A DNA stretch of 64,000 nucleotides from Clostridiales bacterium (lineage in GTDB: Bacteria > Bacillota > Clostridia > Christensenellales > CAG-314), in contig JAFLVK010000001.1 of assembly GCA_022508345.1 (NCBI GenBank), forward strand, positions 100,371 to 164,370, written 5' to 3'. Positions 17,691 through 26,204 of the stretch are shown piece after piece; positions within the stretch are counted from its first letter, which is position 1; every line of letters begins with the position of its first letter. The notes beneath the pieces are model-generated. The model worked only from the letters and a program-made list of their open reading frames with translations, was not told where the DNA came from and ran no database searches. A program made the translations under genes and the position numbers.

Positions 17691-18169
17691 AATTTTTCCG
17701 CTGTGAGGTTAACTGTGAAATGGGTTGTTGCGTTTTGCGCTTCGTTGCCCGTATCTAACGGCATGGAATATATCACCTTTATTACAGTTGTTTTTGCGCC
17801 TATGCGGCAATTAAAACTGACGGTTTTACCCTCTAGCAGCTCCGAAAGCCTGTAGGTGTAGCAATCCTGCCCGTACTGCAATGCCACGTCGACGTAATTT
17901 TTGAGTGCGCCATTGTCCACCTCGACAAAATCAAAGTTTAACATGTACGTGCCTGCCGATTTGCCCTTGAGGTTGATTGTGTACTCCCTCACGTCGCCCG
18001 GATTCAAACCGCTGGCGGAAAATTCCAGCTTTTCGCGCGTGATGTCATTGTCATTTAGTGTGATATCTTTCATCAAATCGTTGTCTGTTGTAAGTAGCAC
18101 CGTAACAAGTAGCCCTACGCCCACAAGTAGCATCACAACGGTTACTATCGGTAAAACGTATTTTCTCAC
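17687..18169 (-). CDS. Divergent TasA-fold / TapA-like secreted or anchored protein (operon leader)
   Basis: GTG start behind GGAGGG. N-terminal TM without the ALF-D motif. LNPGDVREYTINLKGKS and GNEAQNATTHFTVNLTAE resemble TasA-family motifs. Confidence 0.5.
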   Translation of the reverse strand: MRKYVLPIVTVVMLLVGVGLLVTVLLTTDNDLMKDITLNDNDITREKLEFSASGLNPGDVREYTINLKGKSAGTYMLNFDFVEVDNGALKNYVDVALQYGQDCYTYRLSELLEGKTVSFNCRIGAKTTVIKVIYSMPLDTGNEAQNATTHFTVNLTAEKF

Positions 18170-18295
18170 GCGAACCCTCCAAGTAAAAATCTGATTTTGT
18201 CAAAAGCGAATATTTTTAGTCAATTGCTTATATACTGTAACGCAAAAATTCCAATAGATATTCAGTAATATTGAGTGTAAATGTCGCAAAATGCA

Positions 18296-18335
18296 AAAAG
18301 GCTCTCCCTCATTTAAAGGGAGAACCTTTTACTTA
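18296..18335 (-). terminator. Terminator after galE
   Basis: Hairpin TCTCCCT-catttaa-AGGGAGA flanked by A/T runs. Confidence 0.55.
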
Positions 18336-18355
18336 TAAATATTTACTTTACCCTT

Positions 18356-19366
18356 TTATCTGTATCCGTTGGGATTTTTCCTTTGCCAGTTCCACAACGA
18401 GCTACACATGTCGTCAATGCCCAGCTTTGCCTCCCAGCCAAGCTCTTTTTTGGCTTTTTCAGCGCTGGCGTAGCAACTTGCTATATCTCCGGCTCTGCGT
18501 GGCTTGATAACGTACGGAAGGGTGTGTCCGCATGCCTTTTCGAAAGCGTGAATTACGTCCAGCACGCTGTAGCCAATGCCTGTACCAAGATTGTAGGTGT
18601 ACACACCTGCGCTTGTAAGCTTTTCAATTGCCGCAATGTGCCCCTTTGCCAGGTCCACAACGTGGATGTAGTCGCGTACACCTGTGCCGTCGGGTGTATC
18701 GTAGTCGTTGCCGAACACGCCAATCTCTTTCAGCTCGCCAATTGCAACCTTTGCAATAAAGGGCGTGAGGTTGTTGGGGATACCCTTGGGGTCCTCGCCT
18801 ATAAGCCCGCTTTCATGAGCGCCAACGGGGTTGAAGTATCTGAGTAGCGCAACCGTCCACTCACTGTCCGCTGCGTACACGTCCTTGAGTATCAACTCCT
18901 GCATGTATTTGGAGGTTCCGTAGGGGTTGGTTGTTCCGCCCACTGCGCACTGTTCGTCAAGGGGCAAACGCTCGGGTGAGCCGTACACCGTTGCCGACGA
19001 CGAGAACACTATGCGCTTGCAACCGTGCTTTTTCATTTCTTCAAGCAACACCAGCGTGCCGCCGATGTTGTTGTCGTAGTATTCCAGTGGCATTTCGCAC
19101 GATTCGCCCACTGCCTTGAGCCCTGCAAAGTGGATAACCCAATCTATCTTGTGCTTAGCGAATATATGAGACAAAATTTTACGGTCACGTACGTCATTTT
19201 TGTAAACGGTTACCTTTTTTCCGGTAATTTGCTCCACGCGCTTGAGACACAACGGTGAAGAGTTGCTGAAGTTATCTATTACAACAACTTCGTGCCCGCG
19301 ATTGAGTAGCTCCACTACCGTGTGCGATCCAATGTAGCCTGCGCCACCTGTAACAAGTATTTTCAT
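18356..19366 (-). CDS. galE: UDP-glucose 4-epimerase
   Basis: [16 protein letters not shown]-terminus and YGTSK catalytic motif. 336 aa. Confidence 0.92.
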   Translation of the reverse strand: MKILVTGGAGYIGSHTVVELLNRGHEVVVIDNFSNSSPLCLKRVEQITGKKVTVYKNDVRDRKILSHIFAKHKIDWVIHFAGLKAVGESCEMPLEYYDNNIGGTLVLLEEMKKHGCKRIVFSSSATVYGSPERLPLDEQCAVGGTTNPYGTSKYMQELILKDVYAADSEWTVALLRYFNPVGAHESGLIGEDPKGIPNNLTPFIAKVAIGELKEIGVFGNDYDTPDGTGVRDYIHVVDLAKGHIAAIEKLTSAGVYTYNLGTGIGYSVLDVIHAFEKACGHTLPYVIKPRRAGDIASCYASAEKAKKELGWEAKLGIDDMCSSLWNWQRKNPNGYR

Positions 19367-19378
19367 AGTGTTCCTCCT

Positions 19379-20494
19379 TTAACATTTAGTAACAACGATA
19401 CCGTCGTTAATGTCCGTGTCGTAACAGACGGCGTCGTAACCGATTTGCTTTTTGTATTCCCTTACAACATGCTGCTTGAAGTCATCAACGGCATCCGTCT
19501 TGACAAGCGACACCGTACAACCGCCAAAGCCACCGCCCGTCATGCGCGAACCGATGCAAGCAGGGTGCGACTGTGCAATGTGGGCCAGTGCGTCCAGTTC
19601 CTTGCCCGTCACCTCGTACAGCTCAGATAGTGACGCGTGCGACGCATTGAGGAGCTTGCCGAACTGCACCATATCTTTGTTGCGCATGGCAATTTCCGCA
19701 AGGTGTACGCGTTCGCATTCCTCCACGACGTGCTTTGCGCGCTTGTACACCGTGGGGGGAAGCAAGCTTTTGTGCGCCTCCAGCTCGCAAGGTTTAACCT
19801 CCGCAAGGCAGGTAACATTTAATTTGCTACTCAGCAATTTCAATGCCAGCTCCGTCTCTTCGCGACGTTCGTTGTAGCGACTTTCCACCAGATTGTGCGG
19901 CTTGTTGCTGTTGATTATCACTATTGAATAGTCTCCCGTATTTACTGGAACATATACGCAATCAAGTGTTTTGCAGTCCAGCAGCATTGCGTGCCCTGCC
20001 CTGCCACACGCCGATGCGTACTGGTCCATGATTCCGCAATTTACCCCGGCGTATTCGTGTTCCGCCTTTTGCGCAAGTAACGCAATCTCCACAGGGTTGG
20101 GTGTTTCACCTGCTATCACGGCAAACGCGGCAAGCGCGGATACTTCAATGGACGCCGAAGAGGACAGCCCGCTACCGAAGGGTACCTTGCAGTCAATTAG
20201 CATATCGCAACCTTTAAGTTGGTGCCCAGCACTCTTCCACAACGAAGCGCAACCAGCAAAATACTTGGCGTATTTGTGCGATTTGTATTCCTCCAGTCTG
20301 TTAATATCCATGGATACCTTGTCGGGCAAGGTTGTCCAGGAAAGGTTGATAATTTGCGAACCGTTTTCTCGAACGTATACAGTTGTGACAAGAGACAGCG
20401 CGCACGGCATCACCTTGCCTCCGCAGTAATCGATGTGTTCGCCTATAAGATTAACGCGCCCGGAAGCAGTTACTTTGTATTGGTAATTGTTCAT
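19379..20494 (-). CDS. galK: Galactokinase
   Basis: Signature GRVNLIGEHIDY and GHMP-kinase motif PFGSGLSSSA. Confidence 0.92.
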   Translation of the reverse strand: MNNYQYKVTASGRVNLIGEHIDYCGGKVMPCALSLVTTVYVRENGSQIINLSWTTLPDKVSMDINRLEEYKSHKYAKYFAGCASLWKSAGHQLKGCDMLIDCKVPFGSGLSSSASIEVSALAAFAVIAGETPNPVEIALLAQKAEHEYAGVNCGIMDQYASACGRAGHAMLLDCKTLDCVYVPVNTGDYSIVIINSNKPHNLVESRYNERREETELALKLLSSKLNVTCLAEVKPCELEAHKSLLPPTVYKRAKHVVEECERVHLAEIAMRNKDMVQFGKLLNASHASLSELYEVTGKELDALAHIAQSHPACIGSRMTGGGFGGCTVSLVKTDAVDDFKQHVVREYKKQIGYDAVCYDTDINDGIVVTKC

Positions 20495-21987
20495 ATCGTA
20501 AAACCTAAATCTTTCATAAACTCCACCGTTTCCTGCTTTGTTTTGAATACGGCGGTATTGTCCAAAATGCGGTTGCAGATGTCGCCCAGCTCGTCCTGCA
20601 TTGCCCGGTGAACCTTGTTTTTGCTACGCGCACCGACGAGACGTTTTGTCACTTCGTCGTACACCAAAGCAAAGTCTTTCAGTTCGTCGCTTAGCGGCTT
20701 ACCCTCGGCAATCAGCGTTTCTATTTGATTGAGCTCAGCTTCCAAGCGCCCTGGGAGTATAAACAAGCCCTGCGCTTCGATAAGCCCGATGGACTCCTTT
20801 TTTATAATGTGGAACTCGGGATGAGCGTGGAATATTCCGTCGGGGTAAATGTCGCTTGTGATGTTGCTACGCAAGATGATGCTCATTTCGTACCCGCGCG
20901 CAGTTTTTACAACCGTGGGACTAATGGCGTTGTGTAAGCCCTTGCCGTCAACGGGAACTATCTGCTTAAATTTGTCTTCATAGCTTACCCATTTGGCACG
21001 TACAGCTTCGCCTATCTGTTCGATAGCGCTGCGGTTAGCGGACACAATGCGCACAACGGTGCCTGCCCAGTCCACCACCTCGACAATGGCATCTGGGTAC
21101 TTGGAGTTGCGCAGTGTGTAGCTGGCTTTCGCCTTGTGCATGGGCAATATTTCGCCACCGCCTTGGTAGTGGTCATGCGCAAGAACACTGCCGCCGATAC
21201 GCTCCAACGCTGCGTTACAGCCGATAAAGTAGTTGGGGAACATATCTACGAAATCCATCAGTCGCACAAAGGTTGCGCGGTCGGTGTGCATGGGTATATG
21301 CTCGTAGTTTACCGCAATGCCGTGTTGATTGAAATATCCGTAGGGCGAAAACTGCCAAAACCACTGCTCGCCACCAAGAGTGATGTCGATTGTGCGCAGG
21401 GTACGCTTGCTTCTGCCAGCGAAGCCCTCGTTTTCATGACAGATGCTGCACTTGGGATAACCGCCCTTTGTAGCGTTACCGCTGGCTGCCTTTTTCGGGT
21501 CGCGGAACTCGGGTTTGGACTTGTTGATTGTAACTACAAGCCCCTGCGAATCAAAGCGTGGGTTTTTGTCCAGTTGAGATTTTTTTACGTAGTCGCCCTT
21601 TACTGAGTAGTCGTAAAACCACTGCATAGCTTCACCGCTGCCCAGCGTGCGCAGCTTTTCTTCAAATACAGCCTGCGTTTCCTTTGGGGACATCATGAGC
21701 TCGCCCATTACGCTGTCGCAAAAGTAGCTTGCCTCCTCACGCTCGAACACACCCGCATTTACGCACGCGTCGGCAAAGCGTTTAAGCACGTTGTCGGGCG
21801 TTACGTCCAGGCACTTTTCCTGCGTGTCATTCGCAAATGATTCCAGCCCAAGCAAACGCAATATCCCGTTGCGTACGTAATGAACATTTTTTCTGTCCAA
21901 ATTTAACTGGCGCTCGGCGTAGTCGATGAGCGCATCAATGCTACGGTAAACCTCTGTCATAAATAACCTCGGCACATACTTTTTCAA
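20491..21987 (-). CDS. galT: Galactose-1-phosphate uridylyltransferase, family 2 (long Gram-positive type)
   Basis: 498 aa. 4-nt overlap with galK. Family-2 GalT length and layout. Confidence 0.85.
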   Translation of the reverse strand: MKKYVPRLFMTEVYRSIDALIDYAERQLNLDRKNVHYVRNGILRLLGLESFANDTQEKCLDVTPDNVLKRFADACVNAGVFEREEASYFCDSVMGELMMSPKETQAVFEEKLRTLGSGEAMQWFYDYSVKGDYVKKSQLDKNPRFDSQGLVVTINKSKPEFRDPKKAASGNATKGGYPKCSICHENEGFAGRSKRTLRTIDITLGGEQWFWQFSPYGYFNQHGIAVNYEHIPMHTDRATFVRLMDFVDMFPNYFIGCNAALERIGGSVLAHDHYQGGGEILPMHKAKASYTLRNSKYPDAIVEVVDWAGTVVRIVSANRSAIEQIGEAVRAKWVSYEDKFKQIVPVDGKGLHNAISPTVVKTARGYEMSIILRSNITSDIYPDGIFHAHPEFHIIKKESIGLIEAQGLFILPGRLEAELNQIETLIAEGKPLSDELKDFALVYDEVTKRLVGARSKNKVHRAMQDELGDICNRILDNTAVFKTKQETVEFMKDLGFTI

Positions 21988-22143
21988 TTATATATTAACA
22001 TTATTTTTTGTCAATGTAAATTACTATTTTTTAAAATATGTAAAATTTCGCAAAAAGGTAAATGCTTTATTTTTTTCAATATGTTTACAAATTGAATAAA
22101 ATAATATATACTGTTACATACTTGCAAAAATCCATTTGCATAT

Positions 22144-22517
22144 GGGGGTGTTTTTAGATTCGCCCGGCGTCAAAGGAGATTTGATAAGCGCGTCGCAGCG
22201 CCCACTGCGTATCAAGGCAAAATTAAATTAAACGCTAACAATAGCACAAGCCGTTCCACAGGAATGGCATTCGCTGCCTAGTTTAATGCCAGCGCGTAGG
22301 CTTTCGCACTTTTGCGTTGCGAGATGTCCTGCGTTATAACACGCAAATAGAGCCGTAACGGTTGCAACGAGACGTTACAGCTCGAAGCTAATTTCGTTGC
22401 AGGCAACGGCAAGTTGGTTTACTATCTAGCCGTTGCGACAATGAAAGTAAACTACACGCGTAGAAAGTCAGGTAGTCTTACGTTGGTACACGGGTGCAAG
22501 TCCCGTCACCTCCACCA
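22144..22517 (+). ncRNA. ssrA: tmRNA (SsrA)
   Basis: 5' GGGGGTG pairs with 3' CACCTCC-ACCA, giving a G3:U70 alanine identity pair. T-arm ACGGG-TGCAAGT-CCCGT. Tag frame GCT AAC AAT AGC ACA AGC CGT TCC ACA GGA ATG GCA TTC GCT GCC TAG encodes ANNSTSRSTGMAFAA*. Confidence 0.9.
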
Positions 22518-22550
22518 TTACAGGGGTATGCGCACACCCGACAAAAAATC

Positions 22551-22580
22551 AGAAACCGATATGTCGGTTTCTTTTTTTTG
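22551..22580 (+). terminator. Rho-independent terminator of ssrA
   Basis: AGAAACCGA-tatg-TCGGTTTCT followed by TTTTTTT. Confidence 0.8.
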
Positions 22581-22611
22581 TGCAGTTTTGCTTGACGTTA
22601 AAATGTAAAAT

Positions 22612-22630
22612 ATGTTACTATTAGTAACAT
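22612..22630. promoter_or_regulatory. 19-bp perfect palindrome, candidate PadR operator
   Basis: ATGTTACTA-T-TAGTAACAT lies immediately upstream of the GGAGG RBS of the PadR gene. ATGT...ACAT ends are typical of PadR boxes. Confidence 0.5.
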
Positions 22631-22641
22631 CGGAGGAAATT

Positions 22642-23169
22642 ATGGAAAATATCATTTTGGGCTTACTGCTGTTACAGGCGCGCACAATTTATCAGCTACG
22701 CAAGCGTATCAATGACGGACTGAACTTGATGTACAGTTGCAGTACAGGTAGCATACAAGCCGCATTAAAAAAGCTATTGAAAAGTGGCTACATTTGCATC
22801 AGTGAAGTAACGGAAAACGGCAAGAAGAAAAAGCTGTACAGTATTACCGACGAAGGAAAACAATATTTTCACTTGTGGATAAACAGCCCAATAAACAACT
22901 CTGCGAAAAATCCCGAGCTTGCAAAGATATATTTTATGGGCTTTTCCGAAAAGGAAAACCGCGTACATTTAATTGAAAATCACCTAAAGGGATTGCGCAA
23001 GCTTTACCTTGAATTACAAGTAATATGTGAGGATGGGGAAAGATTATCCACTGAATTACAGAATAACGAAATTGCATATTATCAGTTGCAAACAGCGCGC
23101 TACGGACGTGATTTAATGAAATTCAATATTGACTGGTACAGTCGTCTGCTAAAGGAAATAAGAAAGTAA
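22642..23169 (+). CDS. PadR-family transcriptional regulator
   Basis: MENIILGLLLLQARTIYQLRKRI... winged-helix region. Start at ATG 22642 behind GGAGG. Confidence 0.8.
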   Translation: MENIILGLLLLQARTIYQLRKRINDGLNLMYSCSTGSIQAALKKLLKSGYICISEVTENGKKKKLYSITDEGKQYFHLWINSPINNSAKNPELAKIYFMGFSEKENRVHLIENHLKGLRKLYLELQVICEDGERLSTELQNNEIAYYQLQTARYGRDLMKFNIDWYSRLLKEIRK

Positions 23170-23170
23170 A

Positions 23171-23959
23171 ATGAAAACATTACAACTTGAAAACACACCG
23201 ATAACTTACTACATTGACGATACGGCAAATAATCACTGGGTGGTATTTGCTCACGCTGCCTTTGTCGATCACCGAATGTTTAAAAAACAGTTCCAATACT
23301 TTGCAGGTAAATACAATCTGCTTGCAATAGACATTTTAGGTCACGGCAATTCCGTTCACGCGCAAAAGGGCGACAGCATTGAACAGATGTCCGATTGGAT
23401 AAACCTCATTTTCCAAAAGCACAACATCACTGCCGCACACTTTGTGGGAGTTTCGTTGGGTTCAGTGTTCATACAGGACTTTGCAAATAAGTACGAAAAC
23501 CGTGTTCTTTCCCTTGCCTGTTTTGGCGGCTACGACATCAATAATTTTGACATTCAAAGGCAAAAAAGCAATACCAAAGGTCAAATGGCAATGATGTTAA
23601 AAGCGCTTGTGTCCGTGAAATGGTTTGCAAAGGCAAACAAAAAGATTTCCGCCTACACCAGTGAAGCGCAGGAAGAATTTTACAAGCTGAATTTGCAATT
23701 TAGGAAGAGCTCTTTCATATATTTGGCAAAGCTTCAAAGCTTTGTAAACAAATATCCCCGAAAGCCGAGGCAATACAATTTACTGGTTGGTTGCGGCGAA
23801 CACGATATTCCCATGGAAATAGACATTGTAAACGAGTGGGCTGCTTACGAACAGTGTGATAAAGTAATTATTCAAGGCGCGGGGCATTGCGCAAATATGG
23901 ACAAGCCCAGCGAGTTCAACACTTGCTTGGAAAGCTTTTGGTCGAGCTGTAACAAATAA
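23171..23959 (+). CDS. Alpha/beta hydrolase
   Basis: HG oxyanion motif (DILGHGNS), nucleophile elbow GVSLG, C-terminal GAGHC. Confidence 0.75.
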   Translation: MKTLQLENTPITYYIDDTANNHWVVFAHAAFVDHRMFKKQFQYFAGKYNLLAIDILGHGNSVHAQKGDSIEQMSDWINLIFQKHNITAAHFVGVSLGSVFIQDFANKYENRVLSLACFGGYDINNFDIQRQKSNTKGQMAMMLKALVSVKWFAKANKKISAYTSEAQEEFYKLNLQFRKSSFIYLAKLQSFVNKYPRKPRQYNLLVGCGEHDIPMEIDIVNEWAAYEQCDKVIIQGAGHCANMDKPSEFNTCLESFWSSCNK

Positions 23960-23973
23960 AAAAGGAACGCTCA

Positions 23974-24516
23974 CTAGCGTTCCATGACGGATATCCATGT
24001 ATCTTTAACAGCGCCGTAGCTGGTTTGGTATTTAACAAGCTTCAGGTGCTTGAAGCCGCACTTCTCCTGCACGCGCATAGACTGGCTGTTCTCAGTAAAG
24101 TGTCCGCACGCAATGAAGTCCACATTTACTTCTTCAAACAGATATTTTATTACAGCCTTTACCGCTTCGGGCATAAGTCCCCTACCCCAGTAATCTTTGG
24201 ACAAAACATAGCCGATTTCTCTACCAAGCCTGTCACTGTACTCGGGCAATTCTTTATCACTGTATTCTTCTATACCCAGCGAGCCGATAACCTTTCCGTT
24301 AAATTCCAACGCAAAGGTTTTCTTTTCACTTATAAATTTTTCCAGTATTTGACGAGTCTCCTCTATGCTCCTGTGAGGCAACCAGCCTGCCATTTGCCCC
24401 ACGCCGTCCACTGAGGCATATTCGTATAAATCTTGCAAGTCACTTTCCTTCCACGGGCGCAAAATAAGCCGCTCCGTTGCGATTGTGACGTTGGAAATGT
24501 CTATTTCAGCGTTCAT
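23974..24516 (-). CDS. GNAT-family N-acetyltransferase (RimJ/RimL-like)
   Basis: ERLILRPW start and Q/RxxGxG-type region WGRGLMPEA. 180 aa. Confidence 0.75.
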   Translation of the reverse strand: MNAEIDISNVTIATERLILRPWKESDLQDLYEYASVDGVGQMAGWLPHRSIEETRQILEKFISEKKTFALEFNGKVIGSLGIEEYSDKELPEYSDRLGREIGYVLSKDYWGRGLMPEAVKAVIKYLFEEVNVDFIACGHFTENSQSMRVQEKCGFKHLKLVKYQTSYGAVKDTWISVMER

Positions 24517-24583
24517 TGTTCAAACCCCATAGTTCATTTTCACACAAGTAACAAATACTGTTATTTCTTGACACCCCAGGTCG

Positions 24584-25063
24584 CTAATTCAGGCTAATGG
24601 TAACTTGTGTGCTACCCTTACCCGCGCCTAGCAGATTGCGCAGCTCAGTTGCTGTGTAACCCTTTATCCAGCCAATGCGCGTGAAATTCCACGAATTGTT
24701 GCCGTAGTACAGGCATATGTTATTGCCCTGATACAGTATCACGTCGCCCGCCTTGGTATCTATCGGGGTGTTGTTTTGCGGCAAGCTGTGCCCAATGCTT
24801 CCCACCTTTTCGAACCCGCCGTAGTCATCTGCCGTGTAGGTTATGTCACCCTGCTTTAACAGCTCAACAAGTGCCGTGACAGAGGAATTGTCCGCTAAAG
24901 TTACTTCCAGTTTGTTGCCGTAAATTGTTATATACATTTTCGTAGTCTCCTGTTCATTTTGTGAATTGTCGTCATCCGTTCCTCCTTTATTAGGCTTGGG
25001 ATCGCATGCGACAAGCATACACAACACAAGTATTAAGCTCAGTATCAACGTAACTTTTTTCAT
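24584..25063 (-). CDS. Lipoprotein with cyclophilin-like fold domain
   Basis: Lipobox LVAC. The region IYGNKLEVTLADNSSVTALVELL...GDVILYQGNNICLYYG resembles the cyclophilin-like family. Confidence 0.55.
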   Translation of the reverse strand: MKKVTLILSLILVLCMLVACDPKPNKGGTDDDNSQNEQETTKMYITIYGNKLEVTLADNSSVTALVELLKQGDITYTADDYGGFEKVGSIGHSLPQNNTPIDTKAGDVILYQGNNICLYYGNNSWNFTRIGWIKGYTATELRNLLGAGKGSTQVTISLN

Positions 25064-25079
25064 TTTAGACTTTTACATT

Positions 25080-26126
25080 TCACATTCGGTTTACAATTTG
25101 TTTTATTATCAATATTGCTTTTTCTATATCTCCACTATTTGCAACCTTGATAGCAGATTTTCTCTTGCCTCTTCTTCTGTTGGTGATATCGTAAGCACCT
25201 GAGTTTTGTATTATTATATCTTGTAAGTCGATGTACAGTTCAATTTCCACGTAATGAGAGTAAGGCCAAATGGCGCATATATTGTGATTGTCAATCTTAT
25301 ACGCCATGTATAAAGCTTGTTGATGTACAGTTATACGGGAAGATAGTTCCTTGATACGTGACTCCAATGTTGTCATTAAACGAGATGTCTCTGCAGAGGG
25401 TGTTGCCCTATTTGTTGTTAACAAACTTGCGTTTTGCCGAACACTTGGTGTCATTCTCGTATTGCCGACATGTTGTGACGTTTCCATTACTATGTTAACG
25501 TGAACACTGCTGAAAGCGCGCTCTATTTCTTCGTTTGTATAACTATTAGCGTAGTATTGTTTGAGAACATCAACCGCTGACAGATGCGACAAGCTGTCTT
25601 TTATCTCCTCTACGTGGCGGTTGAATTCATGAGTACGTTGTATAAATTGTTGAACCTTGATTTTATCAAAACTATTTTTGCCAAAAAGTTCTACAAATTC
25701 TTTGCCGAGAGGATTGTCTTGCAAAAAGGGAATTTCAACAGCAAATTCCTGGTCGTCGTTGTCCAAAATGTACAAATATATTTTATTACATATGAGCACG
25801 CCTACATTCAGTCTCAACAGGCGCATATAACTAAACAACTGATTTTTGTAGCCTGTACGAAATTCCAAGTTGTGTTGTTTCAACTCCACTACAAATAAAT
25901 CTTTATTTGCAACAGAATCTCTTATTACAATATCCGGAATCGTCCTCTCCTGTGAGCCTATTTGAATGTTACGAAAAGAGTCTATTTCGCCGGCAAACCT
26001 ACTGTAACCGAACAAGAAGGAATCGGCAAATATGCCCTCCCACAGTTTTTGTACTTCGGTTTCGTGTAGGTGTCTGTTTCTGTTGATATTGTTAACTATC
26101 GAATTCCATTTACTATACATTGTCAT
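25080..26126 (-). CDS. PD-(D/E)xK nuclease-fold protein (HsdR-N-like domain) with DUF5655-like C-terminus
   Basis: HETEVQKLW...IPDIVIRDSVANKDLFVVELKQ matches the E..V / PD / ExK restriction-endonuclease-like layout. Visibly lower GC than its neighbours. Start at ATG 26126. Confidence 0.5.
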   Translation of the reverse strand: MTMYSKWNSIVNNINRNRHLHETEVQKLWEGIFADSFLFGYSRFAGEIDSFRNIQIGSQERTIPDIVIRDSVANKDLFVVELKQHNLEFRTGYKNQLFSYMRLLRLNVGVLICNKIYLYILDNDDQEFAVEIPFLQDNPLGKEFVELFGKNSFDKIKVQQFIQRTHEFNRHVEEIKDSLSHLSAVDVLKQYYANSYTNEEIERAFSSVHVNIVMETSQHVGNTRMTPSVRQNASLLTTNRATPSAETSRLMTTLESRIKELSSRITVHQQALYMAYKIDNHNICAIWPYSHYVEIELYIDLQDIIIQNSGAYDITNRRRGKRKSAIKVANSGDIEKAILIIKQIVNRM

Positions 26127-26204
26127 CTTGGGTAATCCTTGTCGTTTTATATATTGTAACACAAACAAATTGACTTGGCGACTAAAATCAAATATAATTG
26201 TAGT

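Noticed and set aside
22874-22882. Isolated perfect DnaA box (TGTGGATAA) inside the PadR coding sequence
   Set aside because: One perfect 9-mer is about what chance predicts for this window. It lies within codons (HLWIN) with no neighbouring boxes.
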